Assembly: GCA_965222225.1 (NCBI GenBank)
Contig: CBDCTK010000002.1
Location: forward strand, 3,680,001-3,744,000
Reading direction: 5' to 3'
Length of the DNA stretch: 64,000 nt
Source of the DNA: Candidatus Poribacteria bacterium
GTDB taxonomy: Bacteria; Poribacteria; WGA-4E; JAJDTR01
Shown here piece by piece: positions 31,065-39,962 of this stretch. The position numbers and the translations under genes are program-made. Positions within the stretch are counted from its first letter, which is position 1. Every line of letters starts with the position of its first letter. Below the pieces are notes generated by a model. It did not search any database, was not told the origin of the DNA, and saw nothing but the letters and a program-made list of their open reading frames with translations.

Positions 31065-31541
31065 ATGAAGAGAGTGTTGATAAGTGCGTGCCTGTTAGGT
31101 GTGAAGTGCCGTCACAACGGACGCGATAGCAAGAGCGAAGAGGTGATGGGAAGGTTTGGAGGGGATGAACTCGTTCCGGTCTGTCCCGAACAACTCGGCG
31201 GATTGTCAACCCCACGCCCTCCCGCAGAGATCGTCGGTGGCGATGGAGCGGATGTTCTAGATGGATCCGCCTCCGTAATTACCGTTGATGGCGAGGACAA
31301 GACGAGCGAATTTCTAGGCGGCGCATATCAAACGCTTGAAATAGCCAAATCACATAACGCCATGCACGCCGTTCTCAAATCGAAAAGCCCATCCTGCGGC
31401 TGTGGTCAAATCTACGATGGAACCTTTACCCGCAAACTCGGCAATGGTGATGGGGTGACGGCAGCGCTGCTCCGCAGACACGGTATCCACGTCATGAGCG
31501 AAGCGGATATCGAAACTAATGACTCGTCACAAGATTCCTGA
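31065..31541 (+). CDS. DUF523 / 2-thiouracil desulfurase family protein
   Basis: ISACLLG..CR, VCPEQLGGL.TPR, LKSKSPSCG. Confidence 0.9.
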   Translation: MKRVLISACLLGVKCRHNGRDSKSEEVMGRFGGDELVPVCPEQLGGLSTPRPPAEIVGGDGADVLDGSASVITVDGEDKTSEFLGGAYQTLEIAKSHNAMHAVLKSKSPSCGCGQIYDGTFTRKLGNGDGVTAALLRRHGIHVMSEADIETNDSSQDS

Positions 31542-31555
31542 GCGCGTAGGTTGGG

Positions 31556-31626
31556 ATTAACAATCTTCGATCAAGCAGCTGAATTAAGGAGCGCGATAGA
31601 ATCCCTAATAGTGCCCATAGAAATTC
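31556..31626 (+). repeat. 35-nt mini-element (31570-31604) nested in a degenerate older copy, inside a GTAGGTTGGG...CCCAAC REP
   Basis: gtaggttggg[attaacaatcttcg[atcaagcagctgaattaaggagcgcgatagaatcc]ctaatagtgcccatagaaatt]cgcgtgaatcccaac. Confidence 0.65.
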
Positions 31627-31780
31627 GCGTGAATCCCAACACTTCATCGCACACAATCTACAATCATCAACTCCCAGATGGATTCCCAAAAAACTAGGGA
31701 CTTGTAGGAGCGATCTCCCGATCGCGACTTCTTGTGGAATCGCCAATCATCAAACTCCGACCTCATCTCCACTCTCCTCT

Positions 31781-32551
31781 TCAACTTGTCAACTCACCGC
31801 ACACTACGGGCTGCTCAACCAGCAGTTCTCCCTCCCGGCTCCGCGTCCCGGTAGGCATGTAGTGAATCACCATCGCTCGACGCTCTCGCGCCGATGTGTT
31901 CGGGTTCGATTGATGCAGCGTCAGGCAATGATGTACCATCGCATGCCCCGCTTTGACCGGCATCGCCACGGCGTGTTCGGTATCCACCTTAGCTGCCAGA
32001 AGAGCGGGCAATTTGCCCTTCTCCGTCATTGCCCGCTCATGTGCCGCAAGCCCCTCGCGGTGACTGCCCGGAATCACGTTCATGCAGCCGTTCTCCTCAT
32101 CGGCGTCGTCGAGCGCCATCCAGATACTTACCAGATTCGGAGGGACGCAACCCCAGTAGCCGTTGTCCTGATGCCAGTGCACCGCACCGCCGTGGTTCGC
32201 GGGCTTGTAGAGGGCTTGGTCGAAGAAAACCTGGATATTCGGCCCAATCAGACTCTCGGCAATGGCGAGCAATGGCGAGTGATGCAGCAACTCCCGAAAG
32301 ACTTCGTCGCGTTGCCACATTTGCTGTATCTGCAGCATCTCCTCAGAGCGGTCAGCTTCCGGATCGTCGACCGACTCACCGATCGTTGCGAGGTTGCGTA
32401 GCCCTTCGCCGATTGTTCCGCGCTTCTGCGCAAATAGTGCATCGTAATGTTCTCGCACGGCTGCGAGGTGGTTATCGGCTAAAACGCGATGACTGATTTT
32501 GAGATAACCTTCTCGTTGAAACTGTTCGACAGCTTGCCTGGTTAATTTCAC
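31781..32551 (-). CDS. Phytanoyl-CoA dioxygenase (PhyH) family protein
   Basis: WHQD, WMALDDA..ENGCM..IPGSH, distal H and R. Confidence 0.92.
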   Translation of the reverse strand: MKLTRQAVEQFQREGYLKISHRVLADNHLAAVREHYDALFAQKRGTIGEGLRNLATIGESVDDPEADRSEEMLQIQQMWQRDEVFRELLHHSPLLAIAESLIGPNIQVFFDQALYKPANHGGAVHWHQDNGYWGCVPPNLVSIWMALDDADEENGCMNVIPGSHREGLAAHERAMTEKGKLPALLAAKVDTEHAVAMPVKAGHAMVHHCLTLHQSNPNTSARERRAMVIHYMPTGTRSREGELLVEQPVVCGELTS

Positions 32552-33336
32552 GATGCCTCCTCTAATCCGAGCAACTCCCGAACCTTCCCGCCGATATCTG
32601 CGCTCCTCATCAGCGACTCGCCCACGAGAATTGCATCCACGTCCGCTGCGCGCAGTCTCATTACGTCCTCGCGAGTATAAATCCCGCTTTCGCTAACAAC
32701 GATTCTGTCGCCGGGAATTGATTTCCGCAGGTCGAAGGATGTAGCAATATCAGTGTGGAAGGTTTTCAGGTCACGGTTGTTGATGCCGATAATCTCTGCG
32801 CCAACGTCAAGGGCAATTTCCAATTCCACTTGGGTGTGCACTTCGACAAGGACGGCGAGATTGAGACGCCGCGCAATTCCGATGAATCCCCGCAACTGAT
32901 CCGGCGCTAAGATTGCCACGATGAGCAGAACGGCATCCGCTCCCGCTGCTCGCGCTTGATAGATGTGGTATTCGTCGATTGTGAAATCCTTTCGCAATAG
33001 CGGCAGATCTACAGCGTTACGAATCTTGCTCAGGTAAGAGAGATCGCCGCCGAAGAACTCATGATCGGTGAGGACGGAAATCGCCGATGCACCGTTCTGC
33101 ACGTAGGTTTTGGCAATCTTAAGCGGATCAAAGTCCTCTCGGATAATCCCCTTGCTTGGCGATTTCCTCTTTACCTCTGCGATGAGGTTGACGGCACCCG
33201 GCGCCGCCAATGCAGCTCCGAAATCCCGCGTCGGCGATAAATCGGGAATTCGACTTTTCAGCGTTTGGAGCGGTGCTCGTTCCCTGTCCCGCTTGAGTTC
33301 TTCCCGTTTGTGCGCAACGATTGTATCTAGGATCAA
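32548..33336 (-). CDS. trpC: Indole-3-glycerol phosphate synthase
   Basis: IAEVKRKSPSKG, LLRKDF, GINNRDL, VSESGI. Confidence 0.98.
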   Translation of the reverse strand: MILDTIVAHKREELKRDRERAPLQTLKSRIPDLSPTRDFGAALAAPGAVNLIAEVKRKSPSKGIIREDFDPLKIAKTYVQNGASAISVLTDHEFFGGDLSYLSKIRNAVDLPLLRKDFTIDEYHIYQARAAGADAVLLIVAILAPDQLRGFIGIARRLNLAVLVEVHTQVELEIALDVGAEIIGINNRDLKTFHTDIATSFDLRKSIPGDRIVVSESGIYTREDVMRLRAADVDAILVGESLMRSADIGGKVRELLGLEEAS

Positions 33337-33360
33337 TGGTTTCTCCCACTGTTTTTCATC

Positions 33361-34371
33361 TTATGCATTCGACTTTGCTTTGAGCCCCTCTAATTTTTCT
33401 AACGCCTTCCCAGAATCAATCGACTCGCCAGCCAAGGTCAATCCCTCTTCCAAATCTCCCGCCTTGCCGCCGGCGACAATCGCCGCCGCTGCATTGAGCA
33501 CGACGATATCCCGCTTCGGTCCTCCCTCACCATTGAAAAGTCGCACAATCGTTACGGCGTTTTCCTCAGGTGTTCCACCGATGAGGTCCGCAGGCTGCGC
33601 CTTCGGAATTCCCAGTTCGGTCGGGTCAAGTGAGTAGGTCCTCACATCCCCATCAACGAACTCCGAAACCCGTGTGGTCGTCGTTGTTGTAATCTCGTCC
33701 AATCCATCGTTGCCATGCACAACGAAGGCATGCTTACTACCGAAACTCTTGAGCGCGTTCGCATGGGTTTCCGTGAGTTCCGGCGCGTAGACCCCGAGCA
33801 CCTGCGCGCGTGCACCCGCCGGGTTGGTCAACGGAGCAATCGTATTGAAGATGGTACGGAGTCCAATTTCTCGACGAGGCCCAATGGCATATTTCATCGC
33901 ACCGTGCAACATCGGCGCGAAAAGAAATCCAATGCCGACATCGTCAATACACTGACCGACGTGTTCCGACGTAATCTCGACATTTACACCGAGCGCCATC
34001 AATACATTCGCACTCCCACTCGTACGAGTCACTCCTTGATTGCCGTGTTTTGCCACCGGAACCCCCGCGCCCGCTACCACGAAGGCCGAAGTGGTTGAGA
34101 AATTGAACGAGTCCAAACGTGTACCGCCCGTACTACAGGTATCAACGACCAAAGCATGTTTGGTCATGACCGGTGTCGCCTTTGACCGCATGACGCGAGC
34201 AGCGCCGGTAATCTCCTCCAACGTTTCACCTTTCATCCGAAGTGCGGTGATAAAACTGGCGATTTGGGCATCCGTCGCCTCGCCCGACATAATTTCGTTC
34301 ATGGCATCAGTCATTTCAGTTTCGGTCAAATTTTGCCCGTCAACCACTTTCTGGATTGCTTCGCGAATCAT
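33361..34371 (-). CDS. trpD: Anthranilate phosphoribosyltransferase
   Basis: LRMKGET, DTCSTGG, AKHGN, RTIFN, DGLDE. Confidence 0.97.
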   Translation of the reverse strand: MIREAIQKVVDGQNLTETEMTDAMNEIMSGEATDAQIASFITALRMKGETLEEITGAARVMRSKATPVMTKHALVVDTCSTGGTRLDSFNFSTTSAFVVAGAGVPVAKHGNQGVTRTSGSANVLMALGVNVEITSEHVGQCIDDVGIGFLFAPMLHGAMKYAIGPRREIGLRTIFNTIAPLTNPAGARAQVLGVYAPELTETHANALKSFGSKHAFVVHGNDGLDEITTTTTTRVSEFVDGDVRTYSLDPTELGIPKAQPADLIGGTPEENAVTIVRLFNGEGGPKRDIVVLNAAAAIVAGGKAGDLEEGLTLAGESIDSGKALEKLEGLKAKSNA

Positions 34372-34693
34372 CTTGGAATTCCTCCTCACGTTTCGGGGCG
34401 CTTTATCCTTCACCTGATTGGCGTCGGTTGTTTCAAGCAAGCGCGTAATGCCTTAATCTTGGGCTGGATAGCTTTTTTCGTTCTTCGAGAATCGGGAATA
34501 AACCTCTCATCTATAGCCGTTATTATAACCCGCGCGCATAGGGCGATCAAGAGCATTTTGAGAACCAAAGAACAGGTTGAAGTTGCACACTCGGTCTGGG
34601 ATTGTCTTGCACCCGGTGCGCACAATTGCGCTTGGGTTGAAGGATATGCTATCATTTCGATGAACTCATGCCTAAACGTGTGACATTCAATTT

Positions 34694-35629
34694 ATGAAAA
34701 TCATTGAAAACATCCCCTATTTCACCATTATCGCGTTCGGCTCGTTCGTGCGTCGCTTGCCGAGGAAATTGGCAACGCTTCTCGGCAGCATGATTGGTCG
34801 ATTTCTGTATCGGGCACTTAAAAGACGCCGTCAAATTGCTTTAGAGAACCTGAACATCGCGTTTGGAAATGACTTGTCAAACCTCGAACGCCAAGAGATA
34901 TGCCGGCAGAGTTTCGCCAATGTCGGCAAAACAGCAATCGAATTTCTGCGTTTTCCAAAACTGACTCGTGAAAATATTTGGCGAGAGGTAACTGTAACAG
35001 GCACGGAACACCTCGCGCACTCGCTAAATGAAGGGCGAGGCGCGGTTGTCTTCCTTCCGCATTTCGGTAATTGGGAACTTCTCGCGTTGGTTTACGGTGT
35101 CATCATCCCGGATCAGGCAAAAGCGCTTGCCTTCCCCCTCAAAAATCAATGGCTTAACGCGTTGGTTTGGAAGTATAGGGAACATCTGAGTTTGAAGTTA
35201 ATCCCTCGCCAACAAGCGGTAAGAGAAACGCTCCGGGCCTTGAGAGCCAACTATGTTGTCGGTTTCTTCGCGGATCAGGATGCCGGACGAGAGGGTGTAT
35301 TTGTGAATTTCTTTGGACGTCCCGCCTCTGCCGTCCGAGGTCCTGTTACTTTTGCCCTCAAAACAGGGGCGCCACTACATTTCTCTCTAAATATCCGGCA
35401 GCCCGATGATCGACACCATGTGCATATCTCGTCACAAATTACCCTTGAGCAGTCCGATAATTTTGAACAGGATGTTCAGACGAATACTGCGCGGTTGATG
35501 AAGTGTCTTGAGGAATACATCCGTCAATATCCGGCTCAATGGCTTTGGATGCACAATCGATGGAAAACTTTGCCGGATTCGGGTTGGCAGACGAAGCGCC
35601 AACAGCGCGACCCCTTGGAGAGGCATTGA
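34694..35629 (+). CDS. Lipid A biosynthesis acyltransferase (LpxL/HtrB family)
   Basis: HFGNWE, ADQD, FFGRPA, PAQWLWMHNRWK. Confidence 0.9.
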   Translation: MKIIENIPYFTIIAFGSFVRRLPRKLATLLGSMIGRFLYRALKRRRQIALENLNIAFGNDLSNLERQEICRQSFANVGKTAIEFLRFPKLTRENIWREVTVTGTEHLAHSLNEGRGAVVFLPHFGNWELLALVYGVIIPDQAKALAFPLKNQWLNALVWKYREHLSLKLIPRQQAVRETLRALRANYVVGFFADQDAGREGVFVNFFGRPASAVRGPVTFALKTGAPLHFSLNIRQPDDRHHVHISSQITLEQSDNFEQDVQTNTARLMKCLEEYIRQYPAQWLWMHNRWKTLPDSGWQTKRQQRDPLERH

Positions 35630-35879
35630 CGGCTATTTCAGTTGCGAGGTCTATCAGGTCATGTTATAATTACTTGCCCATCGCAGGAAAATTCAGTATG
35701 TGTGTTCATAATCGGATTTCCCAATGTGTGGATGTTCTGCTGTATGATTTGAAGAATTCCGATTCAGAATGCACTCAATATTGGGTACCCAGTTACTGAT
35801 TTCTCTCCATCAAAAGGGGAAATCTTTCTGGAGCAATTATTCAAGATACATAGCACTATCACAATATGAAGGAGTTATC

Positions 35880-37352
35880 ATGATTTATCCAAGTAGGAAA
35901 CATGTCTTACCTATCATTTTTTTGACATCTATTGTGGTAGTATCGCTGCGATTTGTGCCCGTGGCTGGCGAAGATGCGTTAAGCAATCGAGACAAACGCA
36001 TCACCAGTCCGATGTTTTACAAAGCCATTGTGGAGGCGGTCAAAAAGGCTGATGAATATTACTATCGGGAAATAGATCGAAAAAAGATGTATGAGGGCGC
36101 CATCAAAGGAGCGCTCGCCGCACTGGGAGACCCCTACACCTACTATTTACCTGAGAGAGTGCAAAAACGGGAAAAGGAAGATCTTTACCACAGCAAATTT
36201 GGAGGACTGGGGATACGAATATACGTCGATAAAGGTTTCATAAAAATTGCCAGACCATTGCCCGACTCTCCCGCCATCAAAGCGGGATTGCAGGCTGGAG
36301 ATTACATTGTCAAAGTCGACGACGTGCGAATTGACATTGGCGGGCCTGGGGGACAGACACGTGACGACGTAATTGACATCTTGCGGGGACGTGTAGGGAC
36401 AACGGTTACAATCACCGTACAACGCCGCGGGCTACAGGAATCATTTGATGTAACCCTCACACGAGAGGAAATTTTGCCCCAAAGCGTCAAAAAGGAAATG
36501 CTGGAAAACCAGATTGGTTATATTCAATTAGACAGTTTTACCGGAAGAACTAACGCCGAGTTCAAGAAGGCTATAACGGAGTTGCAAGAAGAAGAAATGA
36601 TGGCGCTCATTCTGGATCTGAGAAACAACGCAGGCGGACTGCTCGAGCAAGCCAATTATGTCGTAGACGCATTTATTTCCGATGGGCCCATCGTCTCGAC
36701 AAGGGGGCGGGGACATCGATTCAATCAACAATACCCCGCGCACAGCGGTCTACTTTGTCCCCCTGACATTCCGCTCGTGGTAATGGTTAACGAGTATAGC
36801 GCCAGTGGTTCCGAGATTGTTGCCGGGGCAATCAAAGATACCAAACGCGGGGTGCTGGTCGGCACCGACACGTTCGGGAAAGGGCTTGTCCAACAACGGT
36901 TCCCACTGAAAAATGGCGGTGGTTCTATTTCACTAACAATCTCGGAATATTTCACGCCGAGCGGGGCTACAATTCACACGAAAAGTATCGCGCCGCACGT
37001 GGTTGTCGAAAACCGGACAACTGAAGTAGTACATGTTGATAAATCTATCAAGGATTTCGTAGAGAAGTGGATTGAAGAGGAGGAGAAAAGCGCGGGAAAA
37101 ACCCTTACAGAGGCCGACTTTATGGCGCTTGAAGCAGAACTTCCCGACCTGATTACGTCCCTGGGACAAGAATTTGTGGCAAACCTGCAGAAATCGGTCC
37201 GGCTTAAAGCGAGTACGATTTTCGACGTTAACCTCGGAATCTACAACCTTGTAGATTTGCCAAACGACAAACAGTTGGCGGAAGCGATTCGCATACTCAA
37301 CGAAGGTGAAGTCGAAAGCATTCTAGCTGCAGCCCCAACGGCAAATTTGTAA
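35880..37352 (+). CDS. S41 C-terminal processing peptidase with PDZ domain
   Basis: FGGLGI, LDLRNNAGG, SASGSEIVAGA, TFGKGLVQ. Confidence 0.93.
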   Translation: MIYPSRKHVLPIIFLTSIVVVSLRFVPVAGEDALSNRDKRITSPMFYKAIVEAVKKADEYYYREIDRKKMYEGAIKGALAALGDPYTYYLPERVQKREKEDLYHSKFGGLGIRIYVDKGFIKIARPLPDSPAIKAGLQAGDYIVKVDDVRIDIGGPGGQTRDDVIDILRGRVGTTVTITVQRRGLQESFDVTLTREEILPQSVKKEMLENQIGYIQLDSFTGRTNAEFKKAITELQEEEMMALILDLRNNAGGLLEQANYVVDAFISDGPIVSTRGRGHRFNQQYPAHSGLLCPPDIPLVVMVNEYSASGSEIVAGAIKDTKRGVLVGTDTFGKGLVQQRFPLKNGGGSISLTISEYFTPSGATIHTKSIAPHVVVENRTTEVVHVDKSIKDFVEKWIEEEEKSAGKTLTEADFMALEAELPDLITSLGQEFVANLQKSVRLKASTIFDVNLGIYNLVDLPNDKQLAEAIRILNEGEVESILAAAPTANL

Positions 37353-37528
37353 ATTGACGCCCGGTTCGATTTCGAACGAAGGTCTATCCGGCAATCTCTA
37401 ATGGCAATCGCTTTTTAGGGATGATTTGGATGTGTGGGGGGCGGAACCGAGCACAGGAAGAAAGTGAATTTGATGGGTCGGCACTGTAGACGTTGCACAA
37501 AAGGGGAAGGAACTTTCAACAAGAGGCA

Positions 37529-37882
37529 TTAGCCCCAAGGTGGACGGCGCCCGCTCAAATCTTCGATATAGTCCGCTGTATCCCGAAGTTCCCGCGCGTG
37601 ATGTGCCTTCGCTTTTTTCGAAGCAGCATCTTCAGTTTGATAGTCAAGTCGCCATGTCCCTTTCTTGAGCCGCGTGAGCACAAACTCGCCCTCCGTACGC
37701 GCGTTCACATATCTGAGTAAATCGTGTAAGATCCAATAAACATCCGACGCGGAATATCTTAGCGGATTGGATTTGGATTCCCGACCAACATACTCCAGCG
37801 CTATCTTAACAAACTCGGTAACTTCCGGCACCGTATAAGTGCCGTTGGAATCCAACTGAATTCTATCCATTACTGTGACCAC
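37529..37882 (-). CDS. Hypothetical protein
   Basis: 117-aa ORF directly downstream of XdhC. Confidence 0.6.
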   Translation of the reverse strand: MVTVMDRIQLDSNGTYTVPEVTEFVKIALEYVGRESKSNPLRYSASDVYWILHDLLRYVNARTEGEFVLTRLKKGTWRLDYQTEDAASKKAKAHHARELRDTADYIEDLSGRRPPWG

Positions 37883-37894
37883 GTGGCGACGGGA

Positions 37895-39007
37895 CTATTG
37901 ATTATTCAATTTAACTGTGGGCATTCGCGCCGGTTGCGCGTCAAACCGAATCTCCGGCTTTGCGCAATTGCGCACTTGAATCAATTGAGCAACGATACTC
38001 ACAGCGATTTCGGGAACAGTTTTTGAATTTATATCCAAACCAATAGGGGCGTAAACCCTAGCGAGATTATCTTCCGAAATACCAAACTCCATTAAATCGT
38101 CCAGAATCAGTTTAATCTTTCGGCGACTACCTATTAAGCCGACGAAACGGGCGTTGGATTCAACAACGCTGTGGAGCGCCTCCTCATCATGCTGATGTCC
38201 TCTGGTAACAATGACGACGTAAGTCAGATGATTGATAGGATATTTCCGCAACGCCTCGGCAATGTCACCGATGATAATCTCTTTTGCTTCCGGCAAGCGC
38301 TCCGTTGACGCGAAATCGGGGCGATCATCAACAATGGCGATGTCAAAGTCCAACCAATCGCCAAGGTGACAAAGCGCTTGTCCGACATGACCTGCACCGG
38401 CGATGAGAAGCGTTGGCCGCGGTTGTACCGGGTCAAGATAAACCCACACATCGTCGTCTTTCCAGCGAAACACGCCCGGCGAATTCTCCTCCAACACCTT
38501 GCCGAGTTCGCCTTCGATTTCCGACTCCAATTCCCCGTTCCCCAACGAACCAATTCGCTCACTATTCACGGCACGGATCATTTTCATGCCGGCTTGGACA
38601 TCTTCCACTTCACTTTTCACAACTGTTGCGACAACGAGTGGCACTTTCTCGTCGTTCAATTCCTGTAAACGGGCAAACATCACAGCTTCATCTTTGGTTT
38701 TCGGAAGATCTATGAATATCTTCATGTTGCCGCCGCAAATGAGACCGTCATCCCAACCGTAGTCACTATCCAACTGGAAATTAAGCAGACGTGGAACACC
38801 TCCCTGCATCAAACCGATCGCCTGTCGGCGTGCTTCCGCTTCCACACACCCGCCCCCGAGCGTCCCAACGTTGCGCAGATCCGGTAAGATGAGCAGCTTG
38901 GCACCGGGCTTTTGCGGTGTTGACCCCTTTGTCTCGACGACCGTGCAGTACGCCCCCACCTGTTGTGCTTCAATGAGGTTTAGGATTTTCGTATAGATAT
39001 CTCTCAT
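37895..39007 (-). CDS. XdhC/CoxI family molybdoenzyme accessory protein
   Basis: GSTPQKPGA, GTLGGGCVE, CGG, GAGHVG, VTRGHQHD, GLIGSRRK, PIGLDI. Confidence 0.93.
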   Translation of the reverse strand: MRDIYTKILNLIEAQQVGAYCTVVETKGSTPQKPGAKLLILPDLRNVGTLGGGCVEAEARRQAIGLMQGGVPRLLNFQLDSDYGWDDGLICGGNMKIFIDLPKTKDEAVMFARLQELNDEKVPLVVATVVKSEVEDVQAGMKMIRAVNSERIGSLGNGELESEIEGELGKVLEENSPGVFRWKDDDVWVYLDPVQPRPTLLIAGAGHVGQALCHLGDWLDFDIAIVDDRPDFASTERLPEAKEIIIGDIAEALRKYPINHLTYVVIVTRGHQHDEEALHSVVESNARFVGLIGSRRKIKLILDDLMEFGISEDNLARVYAPIGLDINSKTVPEIAVSIVAQLIQVRNCAKPEIRFDAQPARMPTVKLNNQ

Positions 39008-39930
39008 TCCCTCAATCCCCGTACATAATTTCGCATCTTCGCTTGTTGGTTGGTAACGCTTCTTGACACCAACTGAGTAAATTGCCGCTGTTGTTTGTCG
39101 GTCAATTCCAATTTGATAATCTCTTCTACCCCGCAGCTTCCAATTTTAGCGGGGACGCTCAAATAAACCGATGAAGCGCTCGCCCGAATCAGCGTGCTCA
39201 CACTGATTAATTTCTTTTTGTCTAACCCAATCGCATCGACAATTTGCCGGAGACACGCTAAAAGACTGTAGGAACAATCTGCCTGTGTCGGCGCCCTGTG
39301 CCGTTCATTTGTGCCTGCGGTGAGATCATGAATCTTTGTGTCGCCGAGAAGTTGGTCAATGGGAATACCACTAATGCGACAATACTGGGGTAGAACTAGA
39401 ACTTTCTCGTCATTTCCTACTACCAGTGCAGCGACGTCCGTAGCCGAAACGCGAAAATGATTGGCGATTTGATGTTTCAAGTAGGCGCTTGCCCGAATAC
39501 TTGAAAGTCCAATTACTTGCCCCGGTTCCGATTCCAGTTCTTGGTGTATCAGGTGCGCCAGAAAATTCGCCGGCGGCATCGCAACGAGAATTCGCGTCTG
39601 TGGGGCGTGTTGTTTGAGATACTTGGCAGAATCGCGCGCAAATGCCAGATTGGCATTTCGGTTAGTCTGCCCTGAATAGACGGTAGCGCGGGAAGAAGGG
39701 GAAAGCAAAATCGCCACTTCAGAATCAGAAAGTGCAGCAAAAGTGCGAGAAACTGAAATAGTTGCGTCATGTCCTCCAATAGCCAATGACGCTTCCAATT
39801 CCTGTGCAGCCCCGCGAGGTAACCCCCGAATCACATCAACGAGCACGACCTCCGAAACGACATCGGATTTACAGATCTCGGAGGCAACAGCAAGTGTTGA
39901 ATCACCTTGACCAAGAATACTTACTTTCAT
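39004..39930 (-). CDS. Malate/lactate dehydrogenase-fold protein lacking canonical catalytic residues
   Basis: Collinear with LDH-like MDH (MKVSILG, LVDV, GIPI, VPAKIG..GVEEIIKLEL), but GxGxxG, DSAR and GxHG are altered. Confidence 0.75.
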   Translation of the reverse strand: MKVSILGQGDSTLAVASEICKSDVVSEVVLVDVIRGLPRGAAQELEASLAIGGHDATISVSRTFAALSDSEVAILLSPSSRATVYSGQTNRNANLAFARDSAKYLKQHAPQTRILVAMPPANFLAHLIHQELESEPGQVIGLSSIRASAYLKHQIANHFRVSATDVAALVVGNDEKVLVLPQYCRISGIPIDQLLGDTKIHDLTAGTNERHRAPTQADCSYSLLACLRQIVDAIGLDKKKLISVSTLIRASASSVYLSVPAKIGSCGVEEIIKLELTDKQQRQFTQLVSRSVTNQQAKMRNYVRGLRE

Positions 39931-39962
39931 GTCGATTAGGAGGCAGCATTACCAAATAAAAC

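Noticed and set aside
31781-34371. trpD-trpC-PhyH coupling as a novel indole pathway
   Set aside because: Overlap is real, but PhyH genes are often scattered paralogs and there is no other supporting evidence.
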